DNA of 64,000 nucleotides from Patescibacteria group bacterium (GTDB lineage Bacteria; Patescibacteriota; Kazan-3B-28): NCBI GenBank assembly GCA_041649135.1, contig JBAZNQ010000001.1, positions 99,037 to 163,036 of the forward strand, read 5' to 3'. Shown piece by piece: positions 11,124 to 20,202 of this stretch (position 1 is its first letter; each line of letters starts with the position of its first letter). The notes under the pieces were generated by a model. It saw only the letters and a program-made list of their open reading frames with translations, ran no database searches and was not told where the DNA came from. The position numbers and the translations under genes were made by a program.

Positions 11124-12206
11124 ATGTCTATGGATTTATCACCCAAACGCCGCATCATCACCCTAGATCTCCTGCGCGGTTATTTTCTGTGGGTAATTTT
11201 AGTTGACCACATCTACCGGTTCCCCGGTTTCTTTGAGATTTTCACCGGCAAAGGATTACTTTGGGCGTCGGCCGCCGATGGTTTCTTCTTGGAATCCGGT
11301 GTCTTAGTCGGATATTTGCGGGGGCGGGAAACCCGCACTGGTAATTTTGGATTAGCGTGGAAACGACTTTGGCTTCGGGCGCTCGTGCTATATGCGTGGT
11401 CGATCGGACTGACTTTATTATTTACTTTGCTGGCCTACTGGTTGCCAAATTACGTCGGTATTAAATCTGGTTTCGCTGACGATCTATCGACGTTACAATT
11501 GCTTTGGCAAACTCTGACTTTTCAATATTCCTATGGTTGGACGGACTTTTTGCCTTATTACACGATGTACATGGTTTTTGCTCCACTCGCTCTTTGGTTG
11601 ATGAACAAACGTCAAACTTGGTTGGTGCTATTTACCTCACTTATCATTTGGTTATTTCGAGGACACAATCCATTCTTGGCATGGCAAGCGTTATTTTTTA
11701 TCGGTCTGACTGGCGGTTATTATTTTCCGGAATGGGAACAATTTTGGCATCGGTTATCTCTTACCGCCCAGCGGTGGGTGCGTTGGTCGAGTGTTAGTTT
11801 AGCGTTGGTAATTTTAGTGACCAATTTATGGATTAAACATTTTTACGGTTATGAAGGTGGTTGGTTAACTCACTGGTTTGACAAATGGACGCTTGCTCCC
11901 GGCCACTTGATCGTCGGTATAATTTGGTTCATCGGTTTATATTTGTTGGTTCGAGGCATAGAACCGATCGTTGCCAAAATTACCGGCTGGTTACTTTTAC
12001 CGGCTGGTCGCAATTCGCTGGCGACTTACATTTTTGAAAGCTTTGTAGTGGTGGGTGTCAATTTGTTGCTACCGTATCCCAGCACTAGTTTTTGGGTTAA
12101 TACCGCTATCAATCTCTCTGCTATTACTGTTGTCTGGCTCTTTACTTACTTCTATGATCGCCGGCGAACTGCCCGTCGTCTGACTAGTTCTCCGATCGCT
12201 ACTTAG
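11124..12206 (+). CDS. OpgC-like membrane acyltransferase
   Basis: LDLLRG...DH, SAADGF, DFLPYY, AWQALF, GRNSL; multi-TM. Confidence 0.8.
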   Translation: MSMDLSPKRRIITLDLLRGYFLWVILVDHIYRFPGFFEIFTGKGLLWASAADGFFLESGVLVGYLRGRETRTGNFGLAWKRLWLRALVLYAWSIGLTLLFTLLAYWLPNYVGIKSGFADDLSTLQLLWQTLTFQYSYGWTDFLPYYTMYMVFAPLALWLMNKRQTWLVLFTSLIIWLFRGHNPFLAWQALFFIGLTGGYYFPEWEQFWHRLSLTAQRWVRWSSVSLALVILVTNLWIKHFYGYEGGWLTHWFDKWTLAPGHLIVGIIWFIGLYLLVRGIEPIVAKITGWLLLPAGRNSLATYIFESFVVVGVNLLLPYPSTSFWVNTAINLSAITVVWLFTYFYDRRRTARRLTSSPIAT

Positions 12207-12252
12207 CGTCTGATAGTTACTTTTACCAAAGGTAGTTTTTGCCGTATGATGA

Positions 12253-13116
12253 ATGCAGTCACAACCTATGGTAACTGATTGGTGGAGTATTTTTATTAGT
12301 CATCTGACCGGTGGTCTCGTCCAGATGAGTGAAACAGCCGGTTTATTCTGGTCGGGTTTAATTAGTCAATTTTCACTTACCGGATTGCTCGACTTAATTT
12401 TAGTGGCCGCGTTACTCTGGTGGCTTTATCGCCGGTTGCGTCGTAGTGAATTGATCGGTATCTTACCGCGGATTTTCATTTTATTAATTATTATTTTAGT
12501 AGCGCGTATCTTGGGATTTTGGGCGCTCTTTTATGTTGGCGGAGCTTTGTTTATTATCACTCTGTTAGCGCTCTCCGCCTTGTACGCGCCGGAGATCAAG
12601 CAAGTTCTGATTACCGATTTAAAACTTGACCATCATCCACGTGCCACTATCCGTAATGTTAGTACCGCCGATTATCAAACCGCTATCAAGACACTAGTTG
12701 AGGCGCTCGCCGTGCTGACTCGCGCTCACAAGCCGGCTTTAATTGTCATTAAACGAGACAAACCCCTCACTCGGTTAGTTGATAATGGCACCAAGATGAA
12801 TTCGCCTCTACGCGCCGATTTGCTAATTGATTTTTTTGCTAATGGTTCAGTTTTGGGTAAGGGTGCCGCTATCATTGATGGCAACAAAATTATCGGGGCT
12901 GGTTCTACGCTCTTTCGGACCAATGCCCGCATCTTATTTAATCCCACCCATCCCATGATCCAGCGTGCCGCTCGCGAACTTAATGCCGTCATTATCATTG
13001 CCACCAAAACCACTAGCGATATCAACGTTGTGGCAGGGGATAACACTTACAAAAATCTCAATTTGGCCGATCTTTCCAAACTTCTGCAGAACATATTGGT
13101 TTATCGTCGGATTTAA
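12253..13116 (+). CDS. CdaA-like diadenylate cyclase homolog with degenerate active-site motifs
   Basis: 3 N-terminal TMs plus a DisA_N-like domain, directly upstream of a YbbR/CdaR gene; HDGA is replaced by GKGA and there is no RHR. Confidence 0.75.
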   Translation: MQSQPMVTDWWSIFISHLTGGLVQMSETAGLFWSGLISQFSLTGLLDLILVAALLWWLYRRLRRSELIGILPRIFILLIIILVARILGFWALFYVGGALFIITLLALSALYAPEIKQVLITDLKLDHHPRATIRNVSTADYQTAIKTLVEALAVLTRAHKPALIVIKRDKPLTRLVDNGTKMNSPLRADLLIDFFANGSVLGKGAAIIDGNKIIGAGSTLFRTNARILFNPTHPMIQRAARELNAVIIIATKTTSDINVVAGDNTYKNLNLADLSKLLQNILVYRRI

Positions 13117-14313
13117 ATGCGTCTCAATTCTCCCAATATCATGCGCTGGGTAATCCTGATCGCCGCCGTTTTGGTTTGGATCAACATTTACTCATTTCTC
13201 GATCGCACTACGACCATTTCCGCTCCGCTTTTGATCGAAAATCTTCGAAGTGATTTTGCGATTGCCGAACCAATTACGGTTGTTAATGCTACTGTGAGCG
13301 GCGGAATTCGCGATTTTGCCAGTCTGACTGATCAGACTTTTCAATTTACGATCGACGCCTCATCCATTGCCGCTATCGGTCAATACACTCTCGAAATTAA
13401 ACCCAAATTAGTGCCCAAATCGGTCAAAGTGGTTGCGATCGAGCCTCAACAACTGACCGCGACGATCGAATTGGTTGCCAGCAAAATTGTTCCGGTGTCG
13501 GCTCTCTCTCGCGGTATGACTAATGACAAATATAGTGTCTACTCACTAACTGCTGTGCCAAGTCAGGTCCAAGTTTTTGGAGCGCCGTCATTGTTGGCGC
13601 AAATCTCGGAAGCTCGCACTTATGCAGATGTTTCTCGTCGCAAAAATTCCTTCACCGCTCCGGCTTCGGTTGCGGTTGAAGATGCCAATAACCACGTTAT
13701 TCATTCACTCCGAGTTGAACCTAGTAATGTCAAAATCACCGTCGAGATCATCGCTGGGGCTGGGATTCGCAATCTTGGTTTAAAACCATCTTTTATCGGT
13801 GAATTACCGGGTGGTTTTTGGGTCAAAGAAGTAAAATTCGATCCTTCGGTTGTCCAAGTGCGTGGTCCTCAACAGATTTTAGAAGCTCTCTCATCGCTCT
13901 CATCAACGGCTATTAATTTGTCCGACCATCGTAGCGACTTTAACGAACAAGTGGCTGTCGATCTGCCGAGTGGTATCGAAATCGTTGGCGACAACTTGAT
14001 CATGGCACAAATCTTGGTCGGCTCTAGCGAGGGTACTCGTCAATTGGAAATCGTGCCCCAGTATGTTAATGTAACCGAAGGTTTCAGCATTACCGCCACC
14101 AATCCTGCTAGCATCCAAGTTGTGGTTTCTGGCGACCCTAAAGCTGTTAATCAGCTCACTCGCCAAGATATTAAACTAAACCTCGATTTAAAAGGCACTC
14201 TGTCTGGCGCCAATCAAATTGTCCTAACGCCGGCGATGTTCTCCGCCCCTCCCAACATTCAGATCGTTTCCTTCACTCCCGACAAAGTCGAAATCGTCCT
14301 GACGAGACTCTAA
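13117..14313 (+). CDS. CdaR/YbbR-domain protein
   Basis: N-terminal TM and about 4 YbbR-like beta repeats (PxxVxVxG, IDLS); abuts the cdaA-like gene. Confidence 0.8.
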   Translation: MRLNSPNIMRWVILIAAVLVWINIYSFLDRTTTISAPLLIENLRSDFAIAEPITVVNATVSGGIRDFASLTDQTFQFTIDASSIAAIGQYTLEIKPKLVPKSVKVVAIEPQQLTATIELVASKIVPVSALSRGMTNDKYSVYSLTAVPSQVQVFGAPSLLAQISEARTYADVSRRKNSFTAPASVAVEDANNHVIHSLRVEPSNVKITVEIIAGAGIRNLGLKPSFIGELPGGFWVKEVKFDPSVVQVRGPQQILEALSSLSSTAINLSDHRSDFNEQVAVDLPSGIEIVGDNLIMAQILVGSSEGTRQLEIVPQYVNVTEGFSITATNPASIQVVVSGDPKAVNQLTRQDIKLNLDLKGTLSGANQIVLTPAMFSAPPNIQIVSFTPDKVEIVLTRL

Positions 14314-14552
14314 AATAATCTCGCCAATTTCCCCAATTTATTCCAATCTCATCAAGAAAGTTGGTCTTTTCCATTGGTTAGATTGTTAAGATTGGTTAGA
14401 TTCCGTGCAAACCCAAAAGCTTGACCCAAAGCCGCTTTTTCTATATCCTATATCCGTCAGGTGGTTTGCCGATTCTGGCAAAAATCAATCCACCAGCACC
14501 TTAAAGACTAGCCGACACAAGCTGGCCTGCGGGGTGAGAGAAGGAGACTGGG

Positions 14553-15224
14553 ATGAAACTCCTGGCCGCCATTAATGTTGTCCTGGAATTCCTCGGGGCC
14601 TTGATTGTCGCCAAACAAGACAAGGAAGGTCACTTTGCCCGTGTGAGAGAGTTGCTCACACAGCTCAAGACCCTCGACGAGGAAGCTCTTGGTAGACTGC
14701 TTCAACGGATGAACTATGTCCGTGTGATCCTGACCCAGAACACGCTCCTCCCTACCGCAGAAGCCATACAAAGGTTTATTCTGAGCCAAGTCATCCAGAT
14801 CATTGATTGCGATACCGAACTATTTATTCCTGATTACTGGGAGGTGGTCGAGCACCAGAAGGGTGGCAAGCTGGAGTGGAACCCAGAGAAGATTCAGCTC
14901 TATCTCTCGAACGCACAAAATGACAACAGTGACATCGAGGGCCACGAGCTCTGCCGTGAGCTGAAAGGCAAGCGGGTCTTAAACGATTGCGTCCTTGATT
15001 GGCTCATTGCCCATCCCGAGTTCATCCCCGAAGAATGGAAGGGTAAATATATCTTCTTCTGGGGTACCATCTATCGCGACTCGAGTGGCTACTTACGCGT
15101 GCGGTTCCTCTACTGGGACGGTGGCAGGTGGGGCAGGTGGGGCAGGTGGCGCTGGAACTATCGCCGGCTCGACGACAAATTGCACTCCAACGAACCTGCG
15201 GCTGTCCTCGCAGACGCAGCTTAG
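14553..15224 (+). CDS. Hypothetical protein with Trp-rich C-terminal domain (possible CLec-fold/DGR-target-like)
   Basis: AAGGAG SD; HPEFIPEEWKGKYIFFWGT...VRFLYWDG...W.WNYRRLDD...SNEPAAVLA; GC hairpin downstream. Confidence 0.7.
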   Translation: MKLLAAINVVLEFLGALIVAKQDKEGHFARVRELLTQLKTLDEEALGRLLQRMNYVRVILTQNTLLPTAEAIQRFILSQVIQIIDCDTELFIPDYWEVVEHQKGGKLEWNPEKIQLYLSNAQNDNSDIEGHELCRELKGKRVLNDCVLDWLIAHPEFIPEEWKGKYIFFWGTIYRDSSGYLRVRFLYWDGGRWGRWGRWRWNYRRLDDKLHSNEPAAVLADAA

Positions 15225-15340
15225 CTTTCGGTTCTGAACTCGTGGGGTCAATAGACCTCTGACATCAGAACCATTGTGCGCCCGCCCCCTCTGGGGCGGG
15301 CGCTTATCGTATAATGTTATGGCGGTATACTTTTTACTCG

Positions 15341-15553
15341 GTCATTCTAGGCGAAGCGAAGAATCTATAATTAACTCGTCATTCTGGCCTGCCTGCCGGT
15401 GGGCAGGTAAGTCCAGCCCCGAAGGTGCCCCGTTGGGGTAGGACGCATCCAGAATCTTCCTCTCGTCATTCCCGCGCCACCTTCTGTCATTCCCGCTCCA
15501 CTCTTCGTCATTCCCATTTCTCTCTTCGTCATTCCCGCGAAGGCGGGAATCCA
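15341..15553. repeat. Cluster of GTCATT-tagged palindromic (REP-like) repeats including 21-bp-period half-copies
   Basis: GTCATTCTAGGCGAAGCGAAGAATCT; GTCATTCTGG...CCAGAATCT; three GTCATTCCC half units, then GTCATTCCCGCGAAGGCGGGAATCCAG. Confidence 0.9.
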
Positions 15554-15573
15554 GAAAAGAACATAAACTTTTA

Positions 15574-15618
15574 ACTCTTCACTCTTCACTCTTCACTCTT
15601 CACTCTTCACTCTTCACT
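15574..15618. repeat. Heptamer tandem repeat (ACTCTTC)x6
   Basis: Seen directly, upstream of the dinG-like gene. Confidence 0.95.
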
Positions 15619-15627
15619 GCCCCCATT

Positions 15628-18045
15628 ATGTCTTACCCCGAATTTATTGTTTTAGATATCGAATCCACCGGCGTCGACTCCAAACACGACGACATTATTG
15701 AATTCTCTGCCGTCAAACTCAATGCTGCAGGTGAAATTATCGATCAACTCGATACTCTAGTTTCCACCAAACTTCTGCCACTTCGCCCACTAGTAGTTGC
15801 TCTGACTGGCATTAAAGATGAAGATTTTGAAGGTCAGCCGAATTTGGAAGCAGTCTTACCCAAAATCGAAGCCTTCTGCGGCGATTTGCCGATAGTGGGT
15901 CATAACATCAGTTTTGATGTTGAATTTTTACATGCCAAAGGGTTGAGCTTGAAAGGCGACTTGCTCGATACGTTGGAACTTGCCCAAACAGTTCTTACCA
16001 AACAACCAGCTTATAGTTTGGAAGGTCTCTGCTGGCGGTTCAATTTTCCCCATCAACCGTCTCATCGCGCTATGGCTGATGTTTTGGCTACTGTTGATTT
16101 AATGAAATTCCTAAGCCAGCAAATTGCCGATCTTAAAGCCGGTACGCGCAAAAAGGTTTTGGATACTCTGCCGGAAAAATCTTGGAACTGGCGTTGGCTG
16201 TTTGCAGAATCTTCTTTTGTCATCCCGAGCGAAGAACGTTCGACGTTCGGAGCGAAGAATCTAGGACAAAGTCCGCACATCACTCCCCACACGAGCAGTC
16301 TGATCGGCAGTCTCAATCAGGCTGAACAATTCTTACCAGACATCAAAACCGCTGAAACCGGCAAAATCAATTTTATTGAAACCCATTTTTCAATTGACCA
16401 ACTGTCCCTTGCCCTAGCTCACGCCATTGCCAAAAAACCGGCTGTATTAGTCGTGCCATTCAACGCTTGGCGAGAAATTGATTGGGAAGCAGTCGGCCAA
16501 GCCCATAACCTTAAACTGGCCGTTCGTGATCGCCAAGAATTTTTCTATCAGGCAGATAGTGAACTGGAATTGGCCAAATCTATGCCGTCCATTTCCGCTA
16601 CCGAAGCAAAATTGATCACCAAAGTTATCTTGTGGCGCAACGAATGGGGGAGCGACCCGTCAAAATTGTATCTGGTAAATGATGAGCTCTATCAATGGGA
16701 ACAAAAATTTGCTCCCATTGAAGTAAAAAAATCTCAACTTCCCGAACATGAAAAAGTTGATCTAATTATTGCCACCACCAGTTCCGTATTAGAGTTGGAA
16801 AATTTGGCAAGATACAATATCATCGTGCTTGATCCATTGAGTGTCGAGGAATCAGCGATGCGTATTAAATCTCGCACTCTGTCGTTAAATTACTTTAGCG
16901 CACTAGTTTCAAGTCGTCGGGATTTTGTACATCTCCAGATTCGTCCCAAAGATGTCAAACTGGCAGATTCATTATTCAAAATTCTTAACGATGTTAGTAG
17001 CAAACTTGCGGCTTTGAGCCCCATGTTGGTGGCGTGGTACGCCGCTAATCCGCCCAGCAATGTCTTTGACCGCAATACCGAACTCTCCGGTGTCAACATG
17101 ACTGATGAATTGCGCAGTCAGCTTGATCTGATCATCGAAGACTTATCGCAATATCTTGGTGTTATCATTGATGCTAAATTGCCCAATTCTAAATCACAGA
17201 TCGAACATACTGAAAAATTGATTATTCATTTAAAGGCTCTCGAAACAACGGATCCTAGCTTTAGATATTTCCTCAACGCGATCGAAAATCGATTCTATTT
17301 GGATATTCTTCCCGCTCATCCAGATTTTTCACTACTAGAGCGAATTTTAACAGATAGCAAATCCTGTACCGTGTTAGGCGCTGGTTTGTCCGTTCAGGGC
17401 AGGTTCAATTATTGGCACCAATCATTTGGTGAATTTAATAGTAAAGTGCTCAAAGACGATACCCCATTGGAATTATTGTTAGTGAAAGACTTGCCGGAAG
17501 GTGATGACTATCTGGAAGCGATCGGTAAATTTTCTAGCCAGATGATCGCCAACAATCCCTATTCACTCGTTTTAACTGGTTCCGCTTATGATACCGAAGA
17601 GCTCTTTGATTGGTTGTTGGCTCCCGTTACGGAAGCTGGGATCGCTCTCTCTAGCGCCAACACAACCAAAGCATTGGAGAAATTACCTGACCTAGTTGGC
17701 GCCAATCGGCATCTGGGAATTGTGGCTTACTATTGGTGGCTGGAACGAGCTCGGTTGTATTTACCAAATTTTGATTTGCTCCTGCTCGGCAAAATTCCTT
17801 TCGATCCCAACAGCCGACCGCAAGCCAAAGTGATGCAAGGGGATAATAACGGTTTCGATAGCTATACGATCCCGCGCACCACAATGAAACTCAAGGAGGT
17901 GCTTCATACTGCTTCTTTAATGAATTTCAAAACTCTAGTTTTAGCCGACAGTCGATTGGTGAAAAAAGATTATGGCGAACGGATCATCGGCTCCCTCGAA
18001 GGCTTCGTCGTCATTCCCCAAACTAGCAAAGAACTTCTCGGATAA
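15628..18045 (+). CDS. DnaQ-like (DEDDh) 3'-5' exonuclease fused to a degenerate DinG-like helicase
   Basis: VLDIESTG, VGHNISFD, HRAMADV; DinG-like C-terminus (KIPF..P, LADSRLVKKDYG) but no Walker A or DEAH. Confidence 0.8.
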   Translation: MSYPEFIVLDIESTGVDSKHDDIIEFSAVKLNAAGEIIDQLDTLVSTKLLPLRPLVVALTGIKDEDFEGQPNLEAVLPKIEAFCGDLPIVGHNISFDVEFLHAKGLSLKGDLLDTLELAQTVLTKQPAYSLEGLCWRFNFPHQPSHRAMADVLATVDLMKFLSQQIADLKAGTRKKVLDTLPEKSWNWRWLFAESSFVIPSEERSTFGAKNLGQSPHITPHTSSLIGSLNQAEQFLPDIKTAETGKINFIETHFSIDQLSLALAHAIAKKPAVLVVPFNAWREIDWEAVGQAHNLKLAVRDRQEFFYQADSELELAKSMPSISATEAKLITKVILWRNEWGSDPSKLYLVNDELYQWEQKFAPIEVKKSQLPEHEKVDLIIATTSSVLELENLARYNIIVLDPLSVEESAMRIKSRTLSLNYFSALVSSRRDFVHLQIRPKDVKLADSLFKILNDVSSKLAALSPMLVAWYAANPPSNVFDRNTELSGVNMTDELRSQLDLIIEDLSQYLGVIIDAKLPNSKSQIEHTEKLIIHLKALETTDPSFRYFLNAIENRFYLDILPAHPDFSLLERILTDSKSCTVLGAGLSVQGRFNYWHQSFGEFNSKVLKDDTPLELLLVKDLPEGDDYLEAIGKFSSQMIANNPYSLVLTGSAYDTEELFDWLLAPVTEAGIALSSANTTKALEKLPDLVGANRHLGIVAYYWWLERARLYLPNFDLLLLGKIPFDPNSRPQAKVMQGDNNGFDSYTIPRTTMKLKEVLHTASLMNFKTLVLADSRLVKKDYGERIIGSLEGFVVIPQTSKELLG

Positions 18046-18086
18046 AATAAAGGGTCGCATCATGCGACCCTTTAAAGATCTCTTGG

Positions 18087-18209
18087 CTATCCGGAAGAAT
18101 AGCAGTCCCAACCATCGCCGTCCAACCCGCCGCTGGAGAAACCCAGCCTGAAGGCGAGTAAGACAAGGAAGCATCCTCCGAAGATGCCCCGCCAAATCCT
18201 TAGCAGCAA
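18087..18209 (-). CDS. Small 40-aa hydrophobic peptide MLLRIWRGIFGGCFLVLLAFRLGFSSGGLDGDGWDCYSSG (not in ORF track)
   Basis: GGAGGT SD before TTG, TTGACC-N17-TATATT promoter upstream, hairpin GGGTCGCAT..ATGCGACCC downstream. Confidence 0.55.
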   Translation of the reverse strand: MLLRIWRGIFGGCFLVLLAFRLGFSSGGLDGDGWDCYSSG

Positions 18210-18292
18210 GGTACACCTCCACACGATAAAACTGCGATCAATATATCGTTTTTTGCGCTTCTGGTCAACAAAGTCAGGATATAGTGCTTATG

Positions 18293-18321
18293 TTGACAAA
18301 ATGCTCATCCTATGCTACAAT
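18293..18321 (+). promoter_or_regulatory. sigma70 promoter
   Basis: TTGACA-N17-TACAAT with extended TG. Confidence 0.75.
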
Positions 18322-18327
18322 GAAATA

Positions 18328-18886
18328 ATTTGGTAACCCCTGCAGTGTGCTTTGCTCTACTGCAGGGCCGACGAATCTTTGAAAATTCACCTGTCCAGCT
18401 CGCATAGCTTCATGACAAGCTTTGTTAGCAGGAAGAGTAGGGGAATGCGAGATATCACTCCCCCCAGTGGTGTCTCGCATTCCCTTACTGTCCCGTATCA
18501 AAACTAAAATAAAATTTAGTGTTTTTGTACCTTAGATGAAACAATATTCCCCGCCATTCCTATAGTGGTTTGGAGAACAAGACAGTCGAAATTGCAAAAT
18601 GGCATCATTGCCGGCTGATCTCTCGAAACTAGCATTGGAATGGAGGGGCGGGACGGGAGGTGAACCCTTCTTGTCCCCCTGACCGTGCCAAAGTTATTTA
18701 ATTTTGGGCCCGCTGATCAGGGGGACTTTTTTGACCCCTCGGGGTCAACCCTCCGTAGCGTTATCTATTTCGAGAAGAGGATAAATATCCTAATTCGAGA
18801 AGAGATGTACGCGTAGGACGGGTAAGTATCATTGATTTATGTCCCCCCGAGGGGATTACCAAATCAACCATCAGGGGGACTTTTTT
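18328..18886 (+). ncRNA. Candidate ~560-nt structured non-coding RNA (unknown family)
   Basis: Strong promoter, no credible ORF, at least 7 long hairpins, two related GTCCCCC...GGGGGAC-U-tract terminators. Confidence 0.5.
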
Positions 18887-19044
18887 ATGCCCATATATCA
18901 GAATTTCTTGCACTATACTGAACGGCCGTTCAGTATATTGTATTGCACTAGTTTGACCCGATGGAGGATATGGGAAATAATCAAACCAGTAGCGGGGGAC
19001 ATTTTCTCCGCTCGTAACTTATAAATCGGTGCCGGAGGTACACC

Positions 19045-19494
19045 ATGGGTTGCGGTCACGAGCAGACACGCAGGTTTGAAGAGAACACCACGTTGGCTGG
19101 CTTTGGTATGGCAATGTTCACATTTCTTACGCTCATCCAGACCAATGGAATCACGGCCGAGAACTTTGATGAGTTTAAGTCTAACGTGTTGGCTAGGCTT
19201 GCCGAATATGGCAATCAACTCGGTTTCGGTGACCTCTTTAAACCTAGCGCCAAGACGGAGAGTGAAACAGCTGCCCTAAGTCACCAGTTGGGTTTATGTG
19301 GACCCCCTGTACCGCTGTTTCGTTGTCATCTGCAACAGCTCTATCGGCTGCTGAAACGTTCGCAGGAACCACGGACACAACAGGGATACTACGACTTAGG
19401 GTACGAGCTGGCAAAATTACTTCAGGATATCAACAATGAGATTACCGCTCTTCAGCAAGCGCGGGACAAGAGGGAAAGCTCTAGCTGTTCCTGA
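19045..19494 (+). CDS. Orphan hypothetical protein
   Basis: GGAGGT SD, 149 aa, terminator AAATGCCGCTGA...TCAGCGGCATTTTT downstream. Confidence 0.65.
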   Translation: MGCGHEQTRRFEENTTLAGFGMAMFTFLTLIQTNGITAENFDEFKSNVLARLAEYGNQLGFGDLFKPSAKTESETAALSHQLGLCGPPVPLFRCHLQQLYRLLKRSQEPRTQQGYYDLGYELAKLLQDINNEITALQQARDKRESSSCS

Positions 19495-19731
19495 AGTGTG
19501 AACGGGCAGACGCCAAATGCCGCTGACGGTTAAACTATCAGCGGCATTTTTATACCCCAAACCGTTTTTTTGTCATCCTCGGGCTTGACCCGGGGATCCA
19601 GACAAAAACAACAAAAAAGCCCATTTTCAGAAGATTTTTTACTCTCTAAAATCACCTATAAACAGCCAAAAATCGGCTCTGGGAGCAGAAAAAGTGTTGA
19701 CAAAAAATTAGGCTTGGAGTATGCTCAAACT

Positions 19732-19976
19732 GTTGATGCGGGGGCGCACACTACAACTCGAAGACACTTTGAGGAGAGAGTCTGTGGCACCCGAAGCTTC
19801 GGGGCACGTTTTGTTTGCCGGCTTAGCCGGTCAGGATGATAGCGGAGGTCTGCTACTGTCATCCGGATAACAACATGGATACTAGTTAGCTTTAAACAAG
19901 CGGCTGGGAGATCTCTGTTCTCAAGGATACTTATATCCTTTCAGAAGAGATATCTCTTGGCCGCTTTTTTGTTTTT
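19732..19976 (+). ncRNA. Candidate ~240-nt structured RNA (or leader of a 28-aa peptide)
   Basis: TTGACA-N17-TATGCT at 19697-19725, several hairpins, long terminal hairpin 19898-19966 with U-tract. Confidence 0.45.
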
Positions 19977-20202
19977 TCGCTCCCTGTCATTGCGAGGAGC
20001 GAGAGGGGAATGAGCGACGAAGCAACCTCATCATTTGTCGCAGGAATAGTGGAGAGGAGAGAGTGTTGTTCGGAAGCCGGCTACTAAATAATTATTTTTT
20101 GGCCCCTTGGTCTTCCGAGCTAACTCATCTCCACCATTCCCTCGATAAGCTGATTGGAAACAGTTAGTGAATCGGGAAGCAAATTGAAAAGGGAGGTGGC
20201 GT

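Noticed and set aside
15464-15553. Regularly spaced repeats as a CRISPR array
   Set aside because: The period is only 21 bp, there are no unique spacers, the units are halves of the dispersed palindrome, and no cas genes are in the window.
15371-15589. ORFs containing WIPAFAGMT (also 25228-25425, 47446-47637, 48766-49017 and the N-terminus of 49032)
   Set aside because: They are antisense or incidental translations of the palindromic repeats.
17941-18222. 93-aa minus-strand ORF
   Set aside because: It crosses a terminator and overlaps dinG; a 40-aa ORF in another frame fits the SD, promoter and terminator better.
18328-18886. RNase P RNA, tmRNA, SRP RNA or T-box leader
   Set aside because: Diagnostic motifs (GAGGAAAGUCC, tRNA-Ala-like ends, GGAA SRP loop, GGUGGNACCGCG) were not found on either strand.
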